A stretch of 64,000 nucleotides of DNA, taken from positions 1,984,001 to 2,048,000 of the forward strand of contig OZ219754.1 of assembly GCA_964291295.2 (NCBI GenBank), read 5' to 3'. A model generated the notes under the pieces. The model was not told the origin of the DNA, did not search any database, and saw only the letters and a list, made by a program, of their open reading frames with translations. Each line of letters opens with the position of its first letter. Position 1 is the stretch's first letter. This DNA is from an uncultured Candidatus Binatia bacterium. Lineage in GTDB: Bacteria; Desulfobacterota; Binatia; UBA9968; JAJDTQ01. Below, piece by piece: positions 56,323 to 64,000 of this stretch. The position numbers and the translations under genes were made by a program.

Positions 56323-57650
56323 GGTTCGTCGTTCCTCCCGGCCTCCTGCGGGTAGCGCTCGTATACCCAAGCCGCGGCCTGCTCCGGTGTCTGCAGGATG
56401 CCTTCCATCTGAGCCTCTTCGACGGCGCCCAGCATCGCGTGGAACGAGGGGCCCGGGGCGTATCCGAGCCGGATCAGGTCGCGCCCGCGCAACAGCGGCG
56501 CCGGCCGCACCTGTTCCTCGCCCAGTTCGGCGAGCCTTTGCCGGCAGAAGTCGTAGTAGCCCAGATCGCCGTTGGATGAAAGGGCGTCCATGCGGCAGAG
56601 TTCCAGCAGTTCGTGAATGCCCTCCGCCGCGAGAAACCGCTTGAGGGTGCTGAGGCGCATCTTTGGCGCCTGCGTGTAACGGAGGTGGCAGCGCACGAGC
56701 CAGGCCACCCGCTCGGCCACCGCGCGGCTGCGCTTGAGGCGGCGCAGGATCTCGACGGCCATCTCGGCGCCGAGTTCCGGGTGGCCGTGGAAGGTCACCC
56801 GCTCGCCCGCCGGTTGCCGGCACCGAGGCTTGGCCACGTCGTGCAGCAGACAGCCGTAGGCCAGGGTCTCGGTGGGTTCGTCCAGGTGACCGAGCAGCAG
56901 CAGCGTATGGACGTACACGTCCCCCTCGGGATGATGGTCCGGGGTCTGCTCGCAGCCCTTCATGGCCGCAATCTCCGGCAGGATCACGTCGAGGAGCCCG
57001 GTCTCGTCCAGCAGCTCGACTCCCCGCCGGGCGCCGCCTTCGGTGAGCGTCCGGGTGATCTCCGCGCCGATGCGCTCCCATGCCACCTGGGTGATGGCCG
57101 CGGCGTGGCTCGCGATGGCCCGGAGTGTCGGGCCATCAATGACGAAGTCCAGGCCGCAGGCCAGCCGCACCGCCCGGACCATCCGCAGCCGGTCTTCCGA
57201 GAACCGCTCGTGGGGGTCGCCGATGGCCCGGATCCGGCCCCGGTCCAGGTCTTCGCGGCCGTGCACCAGGTCGATGAGCCGGTCTTCCGCCGGGTCGTAC
57301 ATCATGGCGTTGATGGTGAAATCCCGCCGCCGGACGTCTTCCTCCAGGGTGCCGTAGCGGACGTTGTCGGGGCGGCGTCCGTCGCTGTACGGCCCGTCGC
57401 AACGGAAGGTCGTCACCTCGAAGGGCTCGTTGTCCACCACCACCACCATCGAGCCGAATCTCGATCCCACCGGGACGGTGTCGGGAAAGATGGCCTGGAT
57501 GGAGCGGGGGGTGGCATCGGTGGCGATATCGTAGTCTTTGGGCTCACGACCCAGGAGCCGGTCACGCACGCAGCCGCCGGCGAGGTAGGCTTCGTGCCGG
57601 GCGTCGCGCAGACGCTGGATGATGTGCAGAGCCTTGTCTTGCTGCGACAC
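56319..57650 (-). CDS. cca: Class II tRNA nucleotidyltransferase (CCA-adding) with HD domain
   Basis: GGCVRD, DYD, EVTTFR, RRDFTINAM, EDRLR, LLHDVAK. Confidence 0.92.
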   Translation of the reverse strand: MSQQDKALHIIQRLRDARHEAYLAGGCVRDRLLGREPKDYDIATDATPRSIQAIFPDTVPVGSRFGSMVVVVDNEPFEVTTFRCDGPYSDGRRPDNVRYGTLEEDVRRRDFTINAMMYDPAEDRLIDLVHGREDLDRGRIRAIGDPHERFSEDRLRMVRAVRLACGLDFVIDGPTLRAIASHAAAITQVAWERIGAEITRTLTEGGARRGVELLDETGLLDVILPEIAAMKGCEQTPDHHPEGDVYVHTLLLLGHLDEPTETLAYGCLLHDVAKPRCRQPAGERVTFHGHPELGAEMAVEILRRLKRSRAVAERVAWLVRCHLRYTQAPKMRLSTLKRFLAAEGIHELLELCRMDALSSNGDLGYYDFCRQRLAELGEEQVRPAPLLRGRDLIRLGYAPGPSFHAMLGAVEEAQMEGILQTPEQAAAWVYERYPQEAGRNDEP

Positions 57651-57686
57651 GGGACGATCCTGAAAAGGCGGCCTCGGGACTGCCGG

Positions 57687-59003
57687 CTAGTTCTCGAGGC
57701 CGGCCTTGCGGAGGTTCCCCACCACCACGAGTATGAGCTTCTCGGGTTGCAGATATTTGCGGGCGACCCGAAGAACGTCCTCCACGGTCACCTTCCGGAT
57801 CATCCCGGGGTACCGGTCGGCGTAGTCCAGTCCGAGGTCGAGGTACTCCACCTGGCCCAGAAAGTCGGCGATGTCGTCGTTGGTATCGAGCCCCAGGGCG
57901 AAGCTGCCGGTGAGATAGCTCTTGGCGTCCCGCAGCTCTTCCGCGGTCACGCCGCCGCGCCGCATTCGCTCGATCTCGGCCCTGGCCACCGCGATGGCTT
58001 CCCGGGCGCTCTCGTTGCGGGTCTGCATGGCCACCTGGAAACGTCCGGTGTTCCGGCCCGCGGCGAAATAGCTGTAGACCGAGTAGGCCAGACCGCGCCG
58101 GTTCCGGATGCTGTCGCCGAGACGGGAGGTCAGGTCGCCGCCGCCGAGGATCTGGTTCATCACCCGGTTGGCGTAGTGGTCGGGGTTCATGCGGAGCGGA
58201 CCCTCGTGCCCCATGACGATGTTGGATTGAGCGAGGTCGCGGTCGAGCCTGACGGCCGCCCGCTTCGGTGCCGGCAGCACCACCGGGGCATCCGCTTCCC
58301 CGCCGCCGGCCAGCCAGCCTGCCAGGGCCCGGGTCAGCTTTTGCCGCATCTCCTCGTGGGTGATGTCGCCCGCGGCCACGAGAAGGGTCCGGTCCGGCCG
58401 GTAGTAGCGCCGGTGGAAGTCCATGACGGCGTCCCGGTCGAGTCGGCTCAGCGATTCCTCCGAGCCCTCAACCGGGCGTCCGTGGAAGCTCCCGGGGTAG
58501 AGCGCTTCACGGAACGCATCCCGGGCGATGGCGCCGGGATGGTCCTTCTTGGCCCTGAGCGAGGCGAGGATGGACTGCTTCGTGCGTTCCACCTCCTGCC
58601 GGGGGAACGAGGCCGCCGTCAGCACCTCGCCCAGGAGGGCCAGGCCGGTGTCCAGATCCTTCCTGAGAATGTTCAGGTCCAGGCTGCTCTGTTCCCGGTA
58701 ACAGTCGGCCCGCAAGTGGGCCCCCAGGCCTTCGATCAATCCGCTGATGCTCATGGCGTCCCGCCCGGCGGTGCCGAGGGTCAGGAGCCGCGAAGTGAGG
58801 TTGGCCAGGCCGTGCCGGTCCGCGGGGTCGTGGCGGGAACCGGCCCGGATCAGGAGACGCACCGAGACGATGGGCAGCGCGGGCTGTCTCGAGGTTATCA
58901 GCACCAGTCCGTTGGGGAGGATTTCGCGTTGGGCGTTCATGGCGGCAAGGGCGGCGTCGGGTGCCGCGAGCAGGCACAACAGCAGCGGCAGCCAGCGTCT
59001 CAT
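57687..59003 (-). CDS. M16B peptidase, non-catalytic subunit
   Basis: Signal peptide, LPNG, AGS; no HxxEH; SRL..IR..GLAY. Confidence 0.9.
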   Translation of the reverse strand: MRRWLPLLLCLLAAPDAALAAMNAQREILPNGLVLITSRQPALPIVSVRLLIRAGSRHDPADRHGLANLTSRLLTLGTAGRDAMSISGLIEGLGAHLRADCYREQSSLDLNILRKDLDTGLALLGEVLTAASFPRQEVERTKQSILASLRAKKDHPGAIARDAFREALYPGSFHGRPVEGSEESLSRLDRDAVMDFHRRYYRPDRTLLVAAGDITHEEMRQKLTRALAGWLAGGGEADAPVVLPAPKRAAVRLDRDLAQSNIVMGHEGPLRMNPDHYANRVMNQILGGGDLTSRLGDSIRNRRGLAYSVYSYFAAGRNTGRFQVAMQTRNESAREAIAVARAEIERMRRGGVTAEELRDAKSYLTGSFALGLDTNDDIADFLGQVEYLDLGLDYADRYPGMIRKVTVEDVLRVARKYLQPEKLILVVVGNLRKAGLEN

Positions 59004-60337
59004 GATGGTTTCCCCGCTTGAGGCGCCAGGATCCCCACGGTGCGTCGATCCGGGTCGAGGTACCGTCGCGCCACCCGCCGGACATGCTCCGCCGTGACGC
59101 CCCGGATACCCTCCAGATACGCGTTCATGCGCCGCCATCCTCCGGCGATCTCGTAGAACCCGATCCTCATGGCCTGCCCGTGGTTGGATTCCTGGGCGAA
59201 GATGAACGCCGCCGCCACCTGGTTCCTGGCCTTGTCCACCTCGTCCCCGGTGACGCCCTCTTCCCGGACCCTGGTGATCAGCTGGTCGATGGCGGCTTCC
59301 AGGTCACCGATGTCCTTGCCCGGCATGGCCTGCGCGCCGATGGTGAAGGTGGTGGGGTCGACGGAGACGCGGTGGTAGCCGGCCCAGGCCGAGCGCGCCA
59401 TGCGCCGGTCGTAGACCAGATCCCGGTAGAGCCGGGAAGTCCGCCCCCTGGACAGGATCATCTCCAGCACGTCCAGCGCGTAGCTGTCCCGGTGGCCCGC
59501 GTTCGGCACGTGGTAGTTCATCACCAGCGCCGGGAGCTGGGCTTTCCTCTTGAGCAGCACGCGCCGCTCGCCTCGTTGCGGCGGCTCGGTGAGGCCGACC
59601 TCCGGCGGCTCGGGTCCACGGGGAATCCCGCCGAAGGCTGCGCGGATCTCCGACAGGATCTCCCCGCTGTCGAAGGCGCCGGCGACGACGACGAAGGCGT
59701 TGTTGGGCGAGTAGTGGGTGCGGTAGAACTCCTTCAGATCCTCCAGGGTCATTCGGCGCACGTCTTCGGGCCAGCCGATGATGGGGCGGCGGTAGGGGTG
59801 CACGGTGTAGGTTGCCGCGCGCGTCAACTCCGCCAGCGCGGCCCGCGGGCGGTCGTCGGTCCGCAGGCGCCGTTCTTCCTGCACCACCTTCTTCTCGGGC
59901 GTGAAGTGCTTCTCGTCGAAGCGGGTGTTCACCATGCGGTCGGCCTCGAGTTCGATGGCCTTGCCGATGGTCTCCCGGCTCATGGTGGCGTGGTAGACGG
60001 TGGCGTCGTGGGAGGTGAACGCGTTGGAGCGCCCGCCGTGCTTTCGGATGATGCGGGAGTATTCCTCCGGAGCCACCTTGTCGGTGCCCTTGAACAGCAT
60101 GTGCTCCAGGAAGTGCGCGATGCCGCTCTTGCCGTCCACTTCGTTTCGGGAGCCCACCCGGTACCAGACCTGGAACGTGACCGCGGGGCTGCGGTGGTTT
60201 TCCAGCAGGAGCACCTTGAGGCCGTTGTCGAGAATTTCCTCCCGAACCTCCACCCGGCCCTCGGGCGTGGACCCTCCGGCGACGGCCGGAAGGAGGGTCA
60301 CCAGGAACAGGCCGGTGAGTCGATGTATCCAATCCAT
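59000..60337 (-). CDS. M16B peptidase, catalytic subunit
   Basis: HFLEH, NAFT, EERR, HPY; ATGA overlap with partner. Confidence 0.93.
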   Translation of the reverse strand: MDWIHRLTGLFLVTLLPAVAGGSTPEGRVEVREEILDNGLKVLLLENHRSPAVTFQVWYRVGSRNEVDGKSGIAHFLEHMLFKGTDKVAPEEYSRIIRKHGGRSNAFTSHDATVYHATMSRETIGKAIELEADRMVNTRFDEKHFTPEKKVVQEERRLRTDDRPRAALAELTRAATYTVHPYRRPIIGWPEDVRRMTLEDLKEFYRTHYSPNNAFVVVAGAFDSGEILSEIRAAFGGIPRGPEPPEVGLTEPPQRGERRVLLKRKAQLPALVMNYHVPNAGHRDSYALDVLEMILSRGRTSRLYRDLVYDRRMARSAWAGYHRVSVDPTTFTIGAQAMPGKDIGDLEAAIDQLITRVREEGVTGDEVDKARNQVAAAFIFAQESNHGQAMRIGFYEIAGGWRRMNAYLEGIRGVTAEHVRRVARRYLDPDRRTVGILAPQAGKPS

Positions 60338-60442
60338 GAGCTTGAAGATATCGGCCCCGGGAGGCGGGTGCAACAGGGTCCGGCGATCTCGGCCAGGGCC
60401 GGGTCGCCCCGGCGGGGGCCATCGGGATGCGCACCGCCCATG

Positions 60443-61483
60443 TCAATGGCCGTTGGGGGTCGCCAGCCGCCGCGGTATGAGTGAGCCGAGTCCATGGCGT
60501 CGCATCCGTTCGATGAACGTGGTGCGATTCAGGCCCAGCAGGCTGGCGGCGGTGGTCTTGTTCCCCTGGGCGCGCTCGAGTGCCTGTACCATCATCTCGC
60601 GCTGGAAGCGCTGGATGCACGTGTCGATGTCCATGCCTTCGCTCGGCAGCGCGAACGGGTCGAGAGGCGTGTCACGAAGGCATGGCTTCACGTAGCCCGC
60701 CATCTCCGGCAGGTCGTCCACGCGAATCTCCTCGCCATCGGTCAGCGTCACCATGCGCTCGATCAGGTTCTCCATCTCTCTCACGTTGCCCGGCCAGTCA
60801 TAGTCCTGCAGCCGCTTCATCGCCGCGCTCTCGATGGTCCAGCGACGTTCTCCGCTGAAGCGTTCCAGGAAGTGCTCCACCAGTGGCGGGATGTCGTCCC
60901 GGCGCTTCCTCAGCGGGGGCAGCTCCAGAGAGAGGATGGCGAGACGGTAGTAGAGGTCTTCGCGGAACTGTCCGGCGGGTATGGCCTCCTGCAGGTCGCG
61001 GTTGGTGGCCGCGACGAAGCGGGCGTTGGTATGCATGGCGACGTCGCTGCCCAGCGGATTGAATTCGCGCTCCTGGAGAACACGCAACAACTTTGCCTGC
61101 AGCCTGGGGGTGGTTTCACCGATTTCGTCCAGGAATATGGTTCCGTCCTTGGCGGTCACGAACCGTCCGGACCGGGACTGCTGGGCACCCGTGAACGCTC
61201 CCCGGACATGCCCGAACAGTTCGTTTTCCAGCAAGTCCTCGGGTATCGCGCCGCAGTTCACGGCGACGAAGGGGTGGTCGGCACGTCTGCTCCGGTCATG
61301 GATGGTCCGCGCGATGAGTTCCTTTCCCGTGCCGCTCTCGCCGGTTATGAGGACAGTCGAATCGCTTGCGGCGATCCGAAGCGTGAGTTCGAAGACGTTT
61401 CGCATGGCTTCGCTCTTTCCGATCATTACGCCGAGGGTATCGCAATCCGGTTGATTCGCTCGGCGATTCTTCAACTGCTCCAT
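60443..61483 (-). CDS. Sigma54-dependent activator (AAA+ plus Fis HTH, no sensory domain)
   Basis: GESGTGKE, ELFGHVRGAFTGA, FLDEIG, WPGNVRE, LGLNRTT; SD AAGGAGG before the ATG at 61483. Confidence 0.93.
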   Translation of the reverse strand: MEQLKNRRANQPDCDTLGVMIGKSEAMRNVFELTLRIAASDSTVLITGESGTGKELIARTIHDRSRRADHPFVAVNCGAIPEDLLENELFGHVRGAFTGAQQSRSGRFVTAKDGTIFLDEIGETTPRLQAKLLRVLQEREFNPLGSDVAMHTNARFVAATNRDLQEAIPAGQFREDLYYRLAILSLELPPLRKRRDDIPPLVEHFLERFSGERRWTIESAAMKRLQDYDWPGNVREMENLIERMVTLTDGEEIRVDDLPEMAGYVKPCLRDTPLDPFALPSEGMDIDTCIQRFQREMMVQALERAQGNKTTAASLLGLNRTTFIERMRRHGLGSLIPRRLATPNGH

Positions 61484-61559
61484 TCGATTCCTCCTTAAGC
61501 CGAATTCTGGACTGTCTGTGTCAAAACGTTGCTTGAAGCAAGAGTAGGGCCAGCCCTGT

Positions 61560-61576
61560 CTGGCAATGAATTTGCA
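61560..61576 (+). promoter_or_regulatory. Sigma54 -24/-12 promoter
   Basis: CTGGCAATGAATTTGCA, exact GG-N10-GC spacing, adjacent to a bEBP gene. Confidence 0.65.
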
Positions 61577-61854
61577 TGAAATTTTGACGCGCTGCATGAA
61601 GAAATCGAGGAAAACGGCAGTCAATTGGCCAGATGCCGTCGGTGATCTGACAAGGGCTGCGGGCCTGGTTGCTATGGTAAGGATAAATTCCCCTTGTTTT
61701 TCGGCAGTTTATGAGCGTCATAGCTATGACACTGCCGTTGTCAAGTTTCCGGCAGTCCCGGTCCGGATGCGCCTGCCGCCCAGCCGCTGCCGGCGTCGCC
61801 GCAGGGCGTTCCCAACTTGAAAACGGTGGCCGAAGGACGTTAACTGGGGGGACC

Positions 61855-62745
61855 GTGGCGGATGGCGAGACCAGGAACAGTCGAACTTTGGCCGAAGGCG
61901 GCGACCTTCCCCCTGCTCCCCTGACCCTTGAGGGCTGGAGCGTCCTGCACCAGATGTTCCGCATTCGCTGGCCGGCGTGGAATGCGCATGGTGCCGCCAA
62001 GAGGCGGGAAGTGGTCGCAGAAGCCGTATCCGCGCTCAAGGGGATGGAGCGCACCCCCGAAGGCCGGAGCGGCCTGGTGTCGCTGCTGGGCCACAAGGGC
62101 GACTTGATGCTGGTCCATTTCCGCAACTCGTTCGACCGCCTGAACGAGGCCGAGTTGACGCTGGCGCGGCTCCAGTTCGCGACTTTCCTGGAGCCCACCA
62201 CGTCCTACCTCTCGGTGGTGGAACTGGGGCTTTACAGCGCTTCCGGGCAGCTCTACGGCTCCTTGAGCGAGAAGGGCGTCGCTCCCGGCACCCCAAGGTG
62301 GAAGGAGCAGGTGGAGGCTTGGCTGGCCCAGGCGCGGAAGACCATGGAGGGGCGGCTTTGGCCCGACATTCCGGCCCGGCGTTACGTCTGCTTCTATCCC
62401 ATGGACAAGCGGAGGGGCGAGGCGAGGAACTGGTACGACGCGCCGTTTCCGGAAAGACAGCGGATGATGCAGGATCACGGCTTCATCGGCCGGGGCTACG
62501 CCGACCGGGTGACCCAGATCATCTCCGGTTCCATCGGCTTCGACGACTGGGAGTGGGGCGTGGACCTCTTTGCCGACGATCCGGTGGTGTTCAAGAAGCT
62601 GGTCTACGAGATGCGGTTCGACCAGGCCAGCGCGCTCTACGGGCTGTTCGGCCCGTTCTACATGGGGCTCCAGTTCCGGGCTGAGGGATTGGATGCATTA
62701 CTGGACGGACGGACGCCGCCCTTCCCGGAGCGGTCCCCGGGTTAG
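61855..62745 (+). CDS. chdC: Coproheme decarboxylase (HemQ), Firmicutes-type
   Basis: TLEGWSVLH, GHKGD, SYLSVVEL, CFYPMDKRR, NWY, HG, QII.GS.GFDDWEWGV, MRFD. Confidence 0.88.
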   Translation: MADGETRNSRTLAEGGDLPPAPLTLEGWSVLHQMFRIRWPAWNAHGAAKRREVVAEAVSALKGMERTPEGRSGLVSLLGHKGDLMLVHFRNSFDRLNEAELTLARLQFATFLEPTTSYLSVVELGLYSASGQLYGSLSEKGVAPGTPRWKEQVEAWLAQARKTMEGRLWPDIPARRYVCFYPMDKRRGEARNWYDAPFPERQRMMQDHGFIGRGYADRVTQIISGSIGFDDWEWGVDLFADDPVVFKKLVYEMRFDQASALYGLFGPFYMGLQFRAEGLDALLDGRTPPFPERSPG

Positions 62746-63006
62746 GGCGTGCGTGCCGTCCGGGGCCGGCACGGCATTCTCGGGTCCCATTTCGGGTCCC
62801 ATTCCGAGCCTCTTTCCGGCGGCAGCACCGGCCCGTGGACATGAGACACCGCCGCTTGACGTCAACTCCGGAAAGGCCAGGACGTGGCCGGTGCATCCGG
62901 CGCGGGAGAGCGAGCCTCGGGAGGCGCCTCCGACGCGACGTGGCCCGGCCGCGGAGGCACCCTCGACCGCCGGGCGGCAGGACGCGAACCTGCGACGGGA
63001 GGATGC

Positions 63007-64000
63007 TCAGAACTCCAATCCGATGCCGCGCGCACTGGCCAGCGCGAAGATCCGGCTGGCGATGGCGATGTCGGCGACGCCCTGCCCGGCGTTGTTCTTG
63101 AACAGGGTCGTCTGTTGCGGTGTCGTCCGCCCGGGTATCCGGCCGGTCAGCAGGTCGCACAGGTCGCCCACCTGATCCCATTGGAGGATGCCTCGCGCCA
63201 CCGGCTCGCAGAAGTCTCCCTGCTGGTCCTGGATGGCCTGTTCGCGGGAGTTGGCGACGAGGACGTCGGCCCGCCGCACGGTCTCGTCGTCGATCTCGCG
63301 GCGCTTGTGCCTTGCCAGACCGGCGTTCACGAGACCGATGTTGCCGCCGACGATGGAGGTGACGTGTGCGCCCGGCTCCAGCCAGGAGCCTTCGAAAACC
63401 GGCACGTTGGAGTTGGTGGCGGCGAGCACCACGTCGGCGCCCGCCACGGCCTCCCGGGCGCTGTTCACGGGGACGAGTTCGCATGATACCAGGGGTTGCA
63501 TTTCCTCACGGAAGGCGGTGCGGCTGTCGGGGGTGCGGCAGAAGAGCTTCACCTTCGTGAAGCCGCGTATGGCGGCGAAGGCCAGCAGGTGGTACCGCGC
63601 CTCGGCGCCGGCGCCGAGAAGGCCCAGCACCGCGGCATCCTCCCGTGCCAGGTGCCGGGTGCCCACTGCGCTGGTGGCTGCGGTGCGCAACTGAGTCGCG
63701 CGGGTGGCGGCCACGCCCCTGACGCCGAAACGGCCCACCAGCACTCCCTTGAGTGAAGAGTCCCGGGTATCGAACAGCACCACGCACGGACGGCCCATGT
63801 GGCGGTAGGTCTGATTCCCGGCGGATGTGGCCACGAACTCCGAATGGGCCAGTACACCGATGCCGCCCAGGCTGGGCACCCCGCCCGGATGCACGCTGAC
63901 CCGCGCTCCCTCCCGGGTCGTGACCCGGCGGCGCGGCGCATTGAGTTCGGCGTTGTCGCCGAGTTCCCGAAACCCGGCGGCCACCGCGTCGATGGCTTCT
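63007..64000 (-). CDS. Ornithine cyclodeaminase/mu-crystallin family, 5'-truncated by window edge
   Basis: RTAATSAV, GAGAEA, ADVVLAATNS, PGAHV, GR, TLFK..G..D. Confidence 0.9.
   Translation of the reverse strand, partial: EAIDAVAAGFRELGDNAELNAPRRRVTTREGARVSVHPGGVPSLGGIGVLAHSEFVATSAGNQTYRHMGRPCVVLFDTRDSSLKGVLVGRFGVRGVAATRATQLRTAATSAVGTRHLAREDAAVLGLLGAGAEARYHLLAFAAIRGFTKVKLFCRTPDSRTAFREEMQPLVSCELVPVNSAREAVAGADVVLAATNSNVPVFEGSWLEPGAHVTSIVGGNIGLVNAGLARHKRREIDDETVRRADVLVANSREQAIQDQQGDFCEPVARGILQWDQVGDLCDLLTGRIPGRTTPQQTTLFKNNAGQGVADIAIASRIFALASARGIGLEF

Noticed and set aside
53983-57081. cca-Mo subunit fusion or programmed frameshift
   Set aside because: Two separate genes with an ordinary ATGA overlap; the extension is off-frame cca sequence.
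61605-61685. c-di-GMP-I riboswitch resemblance (GCTGCGGGCCT...TATGGTA)
   Set aside because: No GNRA-capped P2 or GCAAA/GACGCAAAG elements; would need an Infernal RF01051 hit.
61855-62745. Chlorite dismutase
   Set aside because: Distal Gln and the YPMxK motif indicate ChdC.

Overview
GC-rich, gene-dense window with about 51 real CDSs. It reads like the catabolic repertoire of an uncultured diderm bacterium; a Binatota/Tectomicrobia-like lineage is an inference from the paralog-rich gene content. It holds seven amidohydrolase-superfamily genes (five Amidohydro_2), three xanthine-dehydrogenase-family Mo subunits but only one FAD/2Fe-2S pair, a UbiD decarboxylase, a Cys-less thiolase with DUF35, an HpaB-like monooxygenase next to a sulfotransferase, and a hydantoinase-B fused to an acetone-carboxylase-gamma-like domain next to a CaiB CoA-transferase. 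There are also two ABC importers, one TRAP system, two MFS transporters, and a few housekeeping genes (class I fumarase, htpX, cca, an M16 peptidase pair, chdC/hemQ). I saw no tRNA, rRNA, CRISPR array, transposase or integrase. The best leads are: (1) uncharacterised heteroaromatic-catabolism modules (UbiD + Mo hydroxylase; Ltp2-like aldolase + DUF35 + C-C hydrolase); (2) possible sharing of small subunits among orphan Mo subunits; (3) a hydroxylate-sulfate-export module; (4) a doubly anchored repetitive coiled-coil lipoprotein; (5) a receiver-less FleQ-like activator facing a sigma54 promoter upstream of chdC; and (6) several enzymes lacking their canonical catalytic cysteines. All family assignments come from motif recognition by eye, not database searches.
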